A DNA stretch of 63,770 bases, counting the filler, from Rhabdomonas costata (lineage: Eukaryota), in the NCBI GenBank assembly GCA_019059605.1. It is 40 parts of 40 records of this genome, joined end to end, with 100 filler letters (N's around TTAATTAATTAA, not from the genome) between each part and the next. Parts side by side here need not be neighbours in the genome. Positions count along the whole stretch, not along the records: positions 12,782 to 14,278 come from JAHMHO010014460.1; positions 14,379 to 15,876 come from JAHMHO010014461.1; positions 15,977 to 17,473 come from JAHMHO010014462.1; positions 17,574 to 19,070 come from JAHMHO010014463.1; positions 19,171 to 20,667 come from JAHMHO010014464.1; positions 20,768 to 22,261 come from JAHMHO010014465.1; positions 22,362 to 23,858 come from JAHMHO010014466.1; positions 23,959 to 25,455 come from JAHMHO010014467.1; 32 more parts are not named here. One strand, 5' to 3'. A model generated the notes under the pieces. The model searched no databases, had not been told where the DNA came from, and worked only from the letters and a program-made list of their open reading frames with translations. Both the position numbers and the translations under genes were made by a program. Shown one piece after another: positions 12,782 to 25,022 of this stretch (positions within the stretch are counted from its first letter, which is position 1; each line of letters begins with the position of its first letter).

Positions 12782-14278
12782 TCGGCGCGGGATAATCCGC
12801 CTCCGCCGTGGCCCACAGCACGGGGTACACAACCTGAGGAAGGAAAATCAGCGTGAGAAACGTCCGTCGTGGGTAAGGACTAGGAGTCGTTTCCCTTTCG
12901 TGGGAAGGGCAACCAGACTAAACGTTGACGTGGAACCTGTCCTTCGAGGTTGTATGAGGATGATATAATCCCAATTAATCACGAGTCAACTTGACCGGTT
13001 CAGCAAGTGCAGGGAAGATGGGCAGGGGGGTTATCGAGAAGGCACCCTCGGAGGTTCGGAAAGCCCACGCAGCAGCGGCACCACGGAATGGGGCGTCCGA
13101 GATGTGCGGATCATCCTTATTGACAGCGACAGGACGGCACGCAGTGCGGTGTGGAATACACTTCCCCTCCACTAAGTACTAATCGAAGAAAGAATCTACC
13201 AAAAGACGCGGAGTGCCACCTTCGCGTCACCCGTGCTATTGTACTGCAGCAGCGCAAAGTGGTCCGCCGTGGAGAGCATTCCGGAGACTGGGTCCAGCGC
13301 CAGCAACCCATAGAAGGTCCGCAGCCCGTATAAAAACATCGCCGAGATTTGCGTCAGCAGTAGATCCGGGTCCGAATGGTCACCATACATTACTGCGAGC
13401 TGCAAAATGTACAGCGAGGCCAGGGCGCTTGCGGCTTGATAGGTAGGGTCGGTGCCTGTGACCCCGTGGTAAGCCCTCCGGAACTGCTCCGGAGAGGATG
13501 GCCCTTTTGCAGGAAAGAGGGGCATGGGAAATCGCTAATGTAGTAGCTGATTCCCAACGAACACACTCTGCATGGAGCAGAAAGAACGGCAACGAAAACC
13601 GAATCCCATCACCCAACAGTGAAAATTTCAGACAATCCAAATAGCTTGAAAAAATAGGGCATCAACCTTGAGCCGTGGCTGGGAACAACCCGAACTCGAA
13701 TCCTTCCAAGGAGACGTCTGTGTGCGAGCCATCTTCGATCCCAGGGTGCCACTGAGAGGGCCCCATCACGTACGCCGCGCTGGAGCCCATCCCTTGCGCC
13801 GCCACCGTCGCGGGGTCCCCCACACAGGTGGTCAGCACGGTGCCATTGAAGGAGATCTTCTGTTCGCCCATCTGGCGCAGGAAGGCCTGGCAGGTGTCGT
13901 AGTAAACACACCCTGCCAAAAGAATGCGGTAGCCTCATATTATGAAACAGAGGGAAAACAACGTAACCGTTGCACCGGGGCCACCCCCAAGGCTGGCAAA
14001 TGCTATTCTTACAATTCTAAGGGCGAAGGCTGAATCAGGTTCACGTGACCGAACAAGACCAAAACAAAACTGAGTCACATCCTATTCTGCGGAAACAATT
14101 CCACGATTCACCCATCGATTCACCACAGCCAATACACATGAAGGGATCTAGAAGGCGGATTACTGTTTGCCGTAAAAGGCCCATCGCCCCCCGGCTCCCT
14201 TCCCTTAGCGCACCTACAACGACGTCGGGCTGAAGCTGCGCCAACGCTGCCACACTGCCGCTGCTGTACCCCACCACA
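12782..14278 (-). CDS. Multi-exon gene fragment with a LivJ/LivK-like (type 1 periplasmic binding) domain
   Basis: LQPDVVV|GCVYYD..YVMGPSQW..|..FRRAY..TGTDPTYQAASA..TFYGLLALD..LLQY..|VVYPVLWATAEADYPAP; GT-AG joins in frame. Confidence 0.75.
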
Positions 14279-16334
14279 NNNNNNNNNNNNNNNNNNNNNN
14301 NNNNNNNNNNNNNNNNNNNNNNTTAATTAATTAANNNNNNNNNNNNNNNNNNNNNNNNNNNNNNNNNNNNNNNNNNNNTGTTTTTTTTATAATTTGTGCG
14401 TTCTAAATAGGTGTGTGTGGTTGGATTTTGTCCCTGAAACTAAATTGTATATTTGATTGTTAATATTTGTTCTGGTCACACCTCCCGCAAATCCTCTTTC
14501 ACAGGACGAGGTCCTAATCCGTCACAGCAGATGGCACGTAATGTCTCTTTGAGCACACTGTGTCTGCAGGCAGGTTTTCCGAGCTCCAAACCTCCAAAAT
14601 GAATGCCCCGGCAGATCACTCCAAAAATCCCACGTTGTAAATTCGATGCTGTGGGCTGCGGGATTCTGTCTCACACACCCTGCTGGTTCGTCGATCTTTT
14701 CTTTGTTGGTATTTCTCTCGGTCGCGCGCGCGGAAGCGGCGAGAATTGGAAAAGTAGGTGACGGGAAGTGGATGGGGAATGGGAGGGTGAAAAAGGAGAG
14801 GGACCACTCTTGGAGTTGCGCTTGTTGAATGGTTTAACGGTGAAGACGGGCTCGCTCACAAAAAAGAAGGTGAGATTGTAGAAGAAATGAAGGTGCGAGC
14901 ACTTGCATTCAAATATTGTCGATCTTGTTACATAGAATATCCAGCGATTTGAGGTAGGGAAACAAGCAGGAAGCGGATTGCGCAACCATTTACGCACCGA
15001 TTCCAAGCAAGCGTTCTTGCTTTGGAACCAAAGCGTCTCAGCGCAGCGATCCAGACGCAATCCCTGAGACGCACTTTGCCCATCCGGGTCTCTGGGCGGT
15101 TTTTTGGAGGCGGAGCGTTACATTCCATTTTTTCGTGACAATATTCTCCTCAAACACAAACTGTTGGAAAACCAGCCGCAGGCAGAGCCGCGGCGTTAGC
15201 TCCCAGAACAGGCAGGTGCAAGCCAACTTGTCTCTGGAATGGGGCAAGAGGCATGGAACAATATCATCTTTGTTTCTTCGCAAGGTGTAACGTCTCATGA
15301 CAGTTAGGTATCACGTTTGCAAGAGAAGTGGTTTCGTGACAGCTAAGTGGTTTTGAAAGAGATTCCGTAATGGAGTGTTGAGCTCAGAGCGGGCTTTACA
15401 GGCTCTGTGTGTTTGTACAGAACAGCAGTTGCATTTACTGAAAGACAGCTTAGAGATGAACTGTTGCAGATGTTGTGATAGAGAAGAGAGAATCAGTGAA
15501 ATCTCAGGAAATCAGCGAGGAGCCGATACGGAGTGTTATCAAGTTGAGAGCAGAAGAGTTGAAGCTGCACAGAGGCAGCAAAGCTGATGCTCAAGAGCTT
15601 AGATTTCAAGAAAGTTGCAAGGAAAGAGGGAAGACATTTGTAAGGATCTGACATTTTAGAGAATAAAAGTGCGCGGAAAGGCGAGCTCCGAAGAGAAAGA
15701 AAAGTGCAGAGCGCAGGTGTCGAGGTCTTGAGGACGCCGCTGTTGACGGGCAAGCTGGAGAGAGGAGTTTGGTGTGCGCGGAGAGCCCTGGGGGAAAGTT
15801 TCGGAGTGTATGGCAGGGCAGCGGAACGAGGAGAAGAAGAGAGTGCGGGTTGAGACCTCTAGACAGCAAACCCAACNNNNNNNNNNNNNNNNNNNNNNNN
15901 NNNNNNNNNNNNNNNNNNNNTTAATTAATTAANNNNNNNNNNNNNNNNNNNNNNNNNNNNNNNNNNNNNNNNNNNNTGTGTGTGTAGGAGGGTGGGTGGG
16001 GTGTCCATACGCGGCAAAAGCAGAGCCAACGGCGCCAGGAGCGACCCCATGAAAGGCGAAGACGCAGAACAACGCCAGCGCCGGAAGCAGCAGAAGGACC
16101 ATGCCAAGCTCTGAAGGAACCCATCCAAGCATTGCAGACCCCACCACGAGCTACTCCACTACCCCCCCCCTCATGTTTTTCCGCACCCATTCTTGCTTTC
16201 CGACTCTGCCGCAGCTTAAAATTCAACTTTTGTTGGTGTATTTTCAATAGAGAGAATAGTTGCGCTTGGGAGTAAGCAGGTGGTGAGTCCAGGATTCTTC
16301 TGGTGGGGTGCACGCACCTGGGGGGATCCTGCAC

Positions 16335-17217
16335 CTACGGGCCTCCATGTCGCACTCCAGAAACCTCACCAGGTCAGAAACGGTGACGATCGACGCGACG
16401 TCCATCCCGGACCGCTTGCAGTACTGCATGATCGTGGGGTCCACAGTCATGACGTGGTTCATTAGCCACTGCCGAGGGGGAAAACCGGGGGATCATGGAC
16501 AAGCAGACCCATATTTCCCATTTTACAAACTCATACAAAGTCACATCAACACTGCAACTAAACTGAAACTGGCCGCTCTCGGCTATCCCAGGAACTACAC
16601 CATTTGCCTTGCGCGCATCAGCAGCTGCACCACCGCGTGCCAAAGGGTGCGAAGGGTGCAGGTGCCCGCCAGTACATCACGACCGACCGCTCCATGGTAA
16701 ACAAACAATTCTTATAAACCCCATGTAAGTTCAGAAGGAAAAATTCTGGTGGCACTATTACCTCCGCAAAGTTGGTGTTCTTTTTCCCGTTCTCCACCTA
16801 AAAGGACTGAAGTCGTTCTATTGCAAAGAGCCCCAAACGAAAAGCATCCGCGCAAGGAAACTCCGCCATTACTGCTGTGCTCGGCAACAATGGTACCAAT
16901 TGCCGTTTCAGGGAGGGGGACAACCCCTTACCACAGGAAACTGTTACCAGCGGTAATTGAAACCTCACAAAACATTATTGTCTTCTTAACGGGTTGGTGA
17001 AATGCGTCAGCACCCTCGAAATGATATTATTGGCGTTTTGCCGAGGATCCGGAGAGAGAGAGAGAGATGGGCTGCTCACACACACCTCCAGCAGGTCCTT
17101 GAACAGCTCCGTAGGGTGGAGCTCGCCCTGCTCACACCGAGACACACACTGCTGAGCCACTTCGGAGAACGCCCGGTGCTGCCGCACATGCGCCCCGTAC
17201 GAGGGGTACCGCACAAC
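16335..17217 (-). CDS. Hemerythrin-domain exons (17217-17086, 16468-~16335)
   Basis: YPSYGAHVRQHRAF (HxxxH) spliced in frame to WLMNHVMTVD (WLxxHxxxxD), the C-terminal di-iron ligand motifs of hemerythrin. Confidence 0.75.
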
Positions 17218-17888
17218 CTGCATCAGCTAAATCACACACCAAAGCATAGCCACACACATAGAGGTTTAGTAACGATGCAAGGGATGGTCAGCCAGCAGCG
17301 TACACAAGACCGGTTCCGAACATAGTCCCCAAATATGAAACACTCACCTCACACAACTCGCAAAAGCTGCAAACAACAAAACGAGGCAAAACTCACTGGG
17401 CCATAAAGTTGCACTTTGACATTAGCTGAGCACTGCTTAACAAGGGAAAGCAAGGGGTTACTCGAGCGGGCTTNNNNNNNNNNNNNNNNNNNNNNNNNNN
17501 NNNNNNNNNNNNNNNNNTTAATTAATTAANNNNNNNNNNNNNNNNNNNNNNNNNNNNNNNNNNNNNNNNNNNNGTTGGTTGTACCGTACCCGACGTTATC
17601 GGTTTTCTGCAGAAAAATTAAAAAATTGATTGCACGGCCACCCACCTGCCGGAAACCAGCGAAAGCGGCTGATGCAGTATGGCAACCAGTACGAGCCCAC
17701 ACGTCGTCGTCCACACGCTCCGATGTCTTCGAAGTCGTCAACACTTGCCGCTCCAGCGTTAGCGATCCAATGCTTCACATCGGCCGCTCCGATGTAGATG
17801 CAAGGCTTGCAGCCACTTGTGTGTGAAATGGTGGCGGAACACGTGAAGCATACAGCAGCCTCGTTGACCTCAGTCACGCCAATGGGAC

Positions 17889-19070
17889 GTGGCCTCTACA
17901 TTTGACGAGGAGTGGTCCCAGCCACACGCTCCAATGCCTTTGCTATTTCTGCCAGTGACAATTGAAGCAACAACACACTTTGCTTTGCTGGAATCGGGAG
18001 CTTCGGACTCGTTCATCAGTGCGGACGTTGTGCGTGAGGCACGCTACAAATTGTTGCCTTTTAAGTCACATATTCAGGTGAATGTAGCGAATTGGAATAC
18101 CCATACAGTGAAGCACTATGTCCGCTTGCAAGGGAAGATAGGGGAGTTGCAGGTGAGGCTTTTCTTGCGGTGAGGTGGAACCTCTTGATCGGGACAGGAG
18201 TGCACTGATCGCCGCCTACCACGAAAGGAAGATGTGGAAGCGGAAGAAGCCGTCTGCGCGTAAAGAGCTGATCAAGAATCTTTACCAAGTGACCAGTTTA
18301 TACAGCTCCAAATCACCCACATGTGCTCAGGCTCAACGAGGAGTACAAAGATCTCTTTACAGAGAAGCTTCCAACAGGGTTACAACCAGCTCGTACAACC
18401 GACCACCGCATTGACTTCACAGAGAAGTTTAGCATCCCAGATCCGCGCATGTACAGATTGGCCCCAAGCGAAGATGCTGAGTTACAGCGTCAGCTGAAGG
18501 ACCTGCTGGACCATCAGTACATCAAGTAAGTCACGTCCACCAACGGCTCATGGATCCTTTTTGTTCCTAAATCCAAAGGAAAGCTACTACCCATAACGTA
18601 TGGCATCTAAATCCATTGCCGCACCCACCGCCGCGATTCCTCTCTAAACAGTGCCATGTGTAACAGCCACAATCACCTGTGGATGGGGTCTCGGCTTTCT
18701 GAAATACTCCAAGGCCTTATCCATTGTCTCTGTAATGGTCCGTGGATTCTTCGCTATCACTTTGTCCTGGATGTCCACCACGGGTGGTGGACTACAGACC
18801 CATCAACAAGCTGAAACTGGTGGACACGTACACTCTTCCACGCATCAATGAGATGCTTGATCAAGTTGGATATAGCTTCTTCTTCTAAAAGCTTGACATG
18901 CACTCTGGCTTTCACCATGTGTAGCGCACAGCCTTCAAAACGAAGTACGGCACCTTCGCCTATCAGGTCATGCCGTTCGGACTCTGCAATGCCACAGCTA
19001 CATTCCAGAAGACGATGAACATCATCTTCCAAACGATGATGAAGTTCGCAGGAAACAACATCGACCAAGA
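17889..19070 (+). mobile_element. Degenerate Ty3/Gypsy LTR retrotransposon pol (aspartic protease and RT N-terminal half)
   Basis: ALLESGASDSFIS (protease, catalytic D->E); YKDLF..LP..DHRID..PRMYRLAP; LFVPK; VDYRPINK; LPRINEMLD; AFKTKYGTFAYQVMPFGLCNATATFQ; several stops and frameshifts. Confidence 0.92.
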
Positions 19071-19699
19071 NNNNNNNNNNNNNNNNNNNNNNNNNNNNNN
19101 NNNNNNNNNNNNNNTTAATTAATTAANNNNNNNNNNNNNNNNNNNNNNNNNNNNNNNNNNNNNNNNNNNNGGGTGGTGGGGTGGGCACCGCACCCACTCT
19201 TTTTAGCTGACCGGGATGCGGGCCTTTCGTATTAAGTAACTGCGGCAGCGCTAAGAGGCGTATGTGAGGACCACTAAACTTCCCATGTGGTGAGCCTTTT
19301 GGGAGACAGATTCAGGGTTTTTGAGCTGTGGAAGCGGATGTCCTGTGGCCTTCCAGAAGCACGCTTTAAACTTTATGTTGAAAAGTAAAAGGTGCGCTCC
19401 ATTGTACCAAGTAGGACGGCTCTCCCGTCTTGAGTATGCATCCGGGATCTCGAAACGTGTTGCGCCCCTTGTTCTTCTCTTCAGTATTCTTTCACTTCTT
19501 TTTGTTTCCAGGTTTTCTTTCGTATTTTTTCTGCGTGCTGGCGCTTTTGCTTATGCTGTGTGCTGCTTTGTGATTTCCTGCTTTGGGGGTGTGCGATTCG
19601 GATTGGTCCGCGATACGTGGTTTCGTGTTTCTTTTTATTCTCATGAAATACGGTGCTGAAGTTCTGCGGCGGTGTCGTCGCGATGCCTCCCGCCAGACA

Positions 19700-19992
19700 G
19701 TGGGAGGGGAGCCAGGGTGCCTATACACCGAAGAGGTTCCGGAGAAGCTCCCTCGGGCTCACATCCCACTATGGCTGTTGGTGGGGCTGCTCTCCGTGGT
19801 CAACCTGATGGCAGTGGGGGTGCTGACTTTCTTTCTGGGCAACACCCGGGCCCGGCAGGCCATGGACAGAGTGGCGGTGAGCTACCGCGGGCTGGGCTTC
19901 CAGGCCGTGGAGAACAAGGTCACGGGGATGCTGGGCCAGGTCGCGACGATGACGAAGCTGCTGGGGGAGCAGGCAGCCACCGCGCCCCGCGG
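19700..19992 (+). CDS. Exon encoding a transmembrane helix and start of an extracellular region (receptor-like protein)
   Basis: IPLWLLVGLLSVVNLMAVGVLTFFLG followed by an amphipathic helix; high GC3. Confidence 0.45.
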
Positions 19993-21104
19993 TGTGCTGG
20001 AACCTTTGCATCCTTATCGACTTTGGTCAATGCGCAAATGGGCGTAGGTCATAATATATGCCCAAATGGAGCGTTTGCCGGTAGAATCAAGCAGACCCAG
20101 TCAATGAATTTTCTGGCGTCGTGCAAGAGGTTTTTTTGAAAAGGGCTTGCAGTGAGCTTTTGCTTACTTTGTGAGTTCACAAACTTTTGCATTGCCGTTT
20201 GGGTTCCATGGGTCGTTGCTCGCATGGTGCTCCTTCCCGAGCAAAATTACGTTTGGCCGAAAAATTCTCATTAGGAGACTGATTCCAAAGCTCTTGGAGT
20301 CTTTTTACATGAACAAATGAGACAAAGGGTGTCAGGCCGTCATTGCACCCCCTGCCGGTGGCCCTTCAGGTGGCTCGTCTAATCTTTTCCTCTCTCTCTC
20401 TCTCTCTCTCGTTCCCCTCTGAGGATTTGACGCAACGAGCTAAGAAAGGAGGCGAGAGTAGTAGGAGAGAACACGCAGCCTCTCAGCCTCCTTGAAATCG
20501 GCCCTGGGAGAGGGTAATTTCTAGACTTTGCGTTGATTCCCTTTCTCGACCGGTTCACTCCCCACTAGTATTTCGCTGCTTCCCATGTCGCATGCAAAGA
20601 AAACGACAAAACGCCAATTAAAAAGGGGGCCATCGTTATGGAAAATGGACAATAATTCACCCCCACANNNNNNNNNNNNNNNNNNNNNNNNNNNNNNNNN
20701 NNNNNNNNNNNTTAATTAATTAANNNNNNNNNNNNNNNNNNNNNNNNNNNNNNNNNNNNNNNNNNNNTCGGTTGTCTTGGCAAGGTTTCTCAGCGTCCGG
20801 GCTTCACTTTTTTGATCGTGAATCATTTCTTTGGTACGTTAACCCTCCGCCTCGCTAGGTACAAGTTGTTTAGGGTGGGGTGGTGGGATTTTGAATAATG
20901 CGGGCAAATTTTAGGACCGTGCCATACAAATCACCTGGCAGAGGCTTTTCCTTGGAGTTTTTGCACTGGCGGGGCCATCTCGTTGTGGGCGTGGCGGCGT
21001 TGCCAAAGCTAGGCTATGTTTTTGTCATGCGCCCATCCGTGCGGACCGCTGTTGCTGCTGTGACGTTTCTCTCTTCTAAAAAATGGCTCTCTTCTCCCCC
21101 ACAG

Positions 21105-21365
21105 ATGGGTAGCCAGGCCTGTGGAGTGCAGATCGCGCAGGTCGGGAGCGACCCCGCTGCCTCACGCTTCCTAAACGAGCTGGACTCTCACCCGGTGGTG
21201 GGTCACGTCGTGGACGTCACCTCCTCCTTTGCACTGGAGGAGGCGCAGTACCGGAGGCAGGGCACGACTCTAACCCCTGAGATGTGGATGGTGAAGATGA
21301 TGCTAGGTGGGGTGGACCCCGCGTACGACGAGGCCGATGAGGGCAGCAGGGGACGATCGGTCTAG
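21105..21365 (+). CDS. Terminal exon of a vWA-domain protein
   Basis: VQIAQVGSDPAASRFLNELDSHPVVG..VDVTS..MVKMMLGGVDPAYDEADE*, typical C-terminus of fungal/protist vWA proteins. Confidence 0.7.
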   Translation: MGSQACGVQIAQVGSDPAASRFLNELDSHPVVGHVVDVTSSFALEEAQYRRQGTTLTPEMWMVKMMLGGVDPAYDEADEGSRGRSV

Positions 21366-21831
21366 CCTCCTCGTCTGTGGGGCTTTAGATTGCTACACAA
21401 CCACCACAACTGCTCCTCCTCCTTTGGAAAGGAGCCCCGCTTATGTCGCGTCGATGTGGCACCGGAGTATGCGGCCCTGCCGAGGCCGCGGCGTTGTACC
21501 GTGTTCGCGTGTTTTGTGCGGTGAGCTGTCTCACTATCTGGGGTCTCATGTGCGCAGACGCGGGGCGCGTGTAGACGTTTTTCGGGCATAGAAATTTATT
21601 TTTGTTGGATGATTTGCAATTTTGTTGAAGTAGGATAAAACTTCTTTGCGCCGGTCGGACAAATGTAGGACTTCGGAAAATCTTATGATCAGTGCCATTT
21701 TTCCCGTTTCAGAAGCTCTTTATCTGTTATGTTTCTTGCCACGTAACGTTTTTTTGCCCCGGTGAACTGCTTCTCTGAGCTGGTTTTTTTTTGCTTATTT
21801 GCTTGTGTGTGGGAACACCGCATCAACGAGA

Positions 21832-21977
21832 ATGGACGGGGAACCCCCGAGCGATATGCTCTGCCCCATCACTCACGAGTTGATGATTACTCCCGTGATG
21901 GACCGTGAGGGTCATAACTTTGAGAAACAGGCCATCACCCAGTGGCTGTCAAGTCACAGTGAATGCCCTGTAGGAAG
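21832..21977 (+). CDS. First exon of a U-box (E3 ligase) domain protein
   Basis: PSDMLCPITHELMITPVMDREGHNFEKQAITQWLSSHSECPVGR, then a GT donor. Confidence 0.85.
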
Positions 21978-24074
21978 GTTTGCCCTGCGTTTTTGTGTGA
22001 AGTGTAGTTTTATTCTGCATATATCGCACGGGTTTTGCGTGGTCATGGCCAATCACCCTCTTACCGAAGCCTCGAAATACGACGGTTCCCGGAGAATTGG
22101 TGTGAAGGGGAACAATGAGGACATGTTATCTGCGTCTCTGTTTCTTTGTGTTAAGCGGGCAGTGTTGCGAGAATGCAAATGGAACGCGAATAAGCGAATT
22201 TCCAGCGAATGTCAACCAGGTGAATGCGTGGAAATGCGCGCACTGTTCTCCCCCACACAAANNNNNNNNNNNNNNNNNNNNNNNNNNNNNNNNNNNNNNN
22301 NNNNNTTAATTAATTAANNNNNNNNNNNNNNNNNNNNNNNNNNNNNNNNNNNNNNNNNNNNATCATGCACAGCCTTCACGCAAACACTTCATACCTAGTC
22401 TTTTCTACTCCAACTATGCCTCCTGCCCCTTCGATCTTCGATGCCACACTCATTACCGCGGTCTACCGCTGAAATTTGTCTGAAAATACCACCGACAATC
22501 ACTTTAGCCGACCAGCCTTATGCAATCCATCAAGACATTAACGCACCTCATCATGTGGGTGGACAAGGAAAGTCACTTTGCTTTCTGGGATACTAGACAG
22601 GCAGTGCCATGATGGAAACACTCTTTTGCTGATGGAAAAACAGTGGCATACCAGAAACATGACCAGAAGTGGTAACATGGCAAGATCTATCTGCCACATT
22701 CCACACAATCAAACTACATCCAACTCTGTGAACTTTCATCGGCTTTTAACAACCCCACCATCTCCACCTCGTCTGCCAACCAACGCTGATAAATCATTTC
22801 GACTGCTATCAAATCCAACAACAACTCTCCAACCGTGACTTCTTCAACAAGTCAATAGCACCTAGCTTTACCTCACCCAATTACCGCAGAACTTTGCTGG
22901 CCTTGCAAACCCACTTCCACATTATTCCACTCAGCGTCCCTCATGACACACACAACACCAAAACCATCAAAAATGCACTAAACTCCATCCTCCTCGCCAT
23001 TCATCACTTCCATTCTTCAATCGTTGCAATTACGGGCAGAGAAGACGAAGACCACTTCCTCGCCCAGATAATCAAACTGCAACTCTCCGTTGAACTAAGT
23101 GTTTACCACAACCTGCGGTAACTTTTTGTATGACCCTCCAGTGGCAGCCAGTTGATTCCTTGCTAGAAACGGCTGCCTCAGAGGTAGGCCGCTGCCCCCG
23201 GGTAAGGTGCGGTACCAACAACAATTTTATGCAGAACCGGCTTACTTGGATAAGAACTGGTGCCTCGTGGATGGGAAATATGGAAATTTACCCTGGGCAT
23301 GGTGAACAGTCCAACGAGCGTTACCACTTGACCCGAAGGCTGCAGCACAATTACCAGTTTTCACCACCACCCCCACCACCACCTGTACACTCCTGCCTTG
23401 CCTTTCTCTTTCATGTGTGTTTGTATGCAGTTGCACTTTCTTAGTGTTGCTGATACGTCAATTGCACGGCCGGAATTAGGTATCTTATTGTTGCGTAGTT
23501 GCTCTCTAGTACACCACACGGAAACAAGCGATCATTGTGAGTCAATAAAGTTTTACCTTTCCATTCCTTTTATTTGTTGCTACCATTTTAATTTTTCCCA
23601 TTGTGTGTGTGCTTTTCTAGACCAAAACTTTCTCAACACCGTTCAACCAGCTTAACGATGAAGTCTTCTTACCGAACGCCACGGACGTTTGCGATCACGC
23701 TTTTGTACACAGAGGAGACGCGGAACCAATCCAGCTAGACAGACATGTTTCCGAGGAGCCCGGACTACTTTGTAGGTAAACGCGTGGAACTTCGGATTCC
23801 AACATGCTTGAGAACTTGGAGTATGTTATTTACACAGACTAATGCCATTTCATCAAGANNNNNNNNNNNNNNNNNNNNNNNNNNNNNNNNNNNNNNNNNN
23901 NNTTAATTAATTAANNNNNNNNNNNNNNNNNNNNNNNNNNNNNNNNNNNNNNNNNNNNTTTTGGTTTTTACATGGTCGCTCAACGCCTAGCCCCGCGCAG
24001 CAGCCGCAGCCCTGCAGCAGCCCCGCGGAGCCGCCGCCCCGCCGGGAAGAGGAGCTAGCGCCGATATACCTGAT

Positions 24075-24195
24075 TTGGTTACTTTTATAAATTCTAAAGC
24101 TCAAGCGAACGGTCTAGCATCATTATATTCAAACGGAAAACTGAAAACATCTCAAATTCCAAGTCTGTCTATTACGAATGTAACAACTGAACACA
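24075..24195 (+). pseudogene. Truncated fragment resembling viral tail-fibre/structural protein repeat
   Basis: FINSKAQANGLASLYSNGKLKTSQIPSLSITNV resembles the K(G).ANG(V/L)A.LD..GK...Q(L/I)P motif; cut by a transposon end at 24196. Confidence 0.5.
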
Positions 24196-24226
24196 CTGGC
24201 CGTGGGTACAATTCTAAAGTAATGCC
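24196..24226 (+). mobile_element. Solo right end of the MITE family seen at 52960-53177
   Basis: CTGGCCGTGGGTACAATTCTAAAGTAATGCC is identical over 31 bp to 53147-53177. Confidence 0.85.
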
Positions 24227-24246
24227 ATTTATTGTTTTAAATGGGT

Positions 24247-24831
24247 TTATTCTTTCTTTCTTGGTATTTCTATTAAATTTTCAACATCTTTTTCATCTAC
24301 ATACTCAAATTATATTTTTTTCCTTTATTGCTGTTTGTGGTCTTCACTCCATTCTTATTTTCAGCAATTAAACAAACCATGGCAGGGCTTATATCGAAGT
24401 ATTTTGAAGAAGAATGTTTTGACCTAAAACAACAAACATCATTTGTATCTGTATATGTGGCTTTGATAACTCTTTTTAAAGAATGTGCTATATGCGCGAA
24501 TTTTATGATGTTGGTATGGTCTCTAAATTTTCTATTTTCTGATATAGTAATGCGTCTTAAATTTTCGATTTTATTTTCTAGTTTATTTTTGTTTATGTGG
24601 TCGATCTCATAACCTTTTTCTATAATATCATTGCAGCATTCCCATTTGAAACGGTGAGATAAAAATGATTTTTTATTAGTTCCATATGATACTGTGGTTA
24701 TAGCATACCCGCTCGGATGTTGTCTTTGTTGTACAATTCTATTTAATAGAATATATCATATATCATATATTATTGTCAATAGTGTTGTAACTGTAATTCT
24801 TATATATTGGATGAATTTTAATAGATTTCAT
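24247..24831 (-). pseudogene. Frameshifted HNH (HNH_3-type) homing endonuclease with NUMOD-like flanks
   Basis: Manual translation: MKSIKIHPIYKNYSY.. /fs/ ..SGYA..FLSHRFKWECCNDIIEKGYEIDHINKNKLENKIENLRRITISEN..KRVIKA..CFRSK.. (open 24755-24297) /fs/ FEYVDEK..*. Not in the ORF track. Confidence 0.85.
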
Positions 24832-25022
24832 ACATAATCTTTACTAAAGAAAAAATTACTGAGCGGAACGAAAACATAGCGAAAACGGTGTATGTTGCTG
24901 TCGTAATTATGAACTTGTACCCCAAAAACTCAATTTATAAAATGGCTTTGTTTGGGTCATATTTGAATTTAATATTTAAAATATTTTTAGTGAGTTAATT
25001 TTAAAAGTTTATAGTTTTTTAT

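Noticed and set aside
22362-23121. Possible decayed non-LTR retrotransposon 3' region (A/C-rich strand bias)
   Set aside because: No RT, endonuclease or intact zinc-knuckle motif could be read; needs a profile search.
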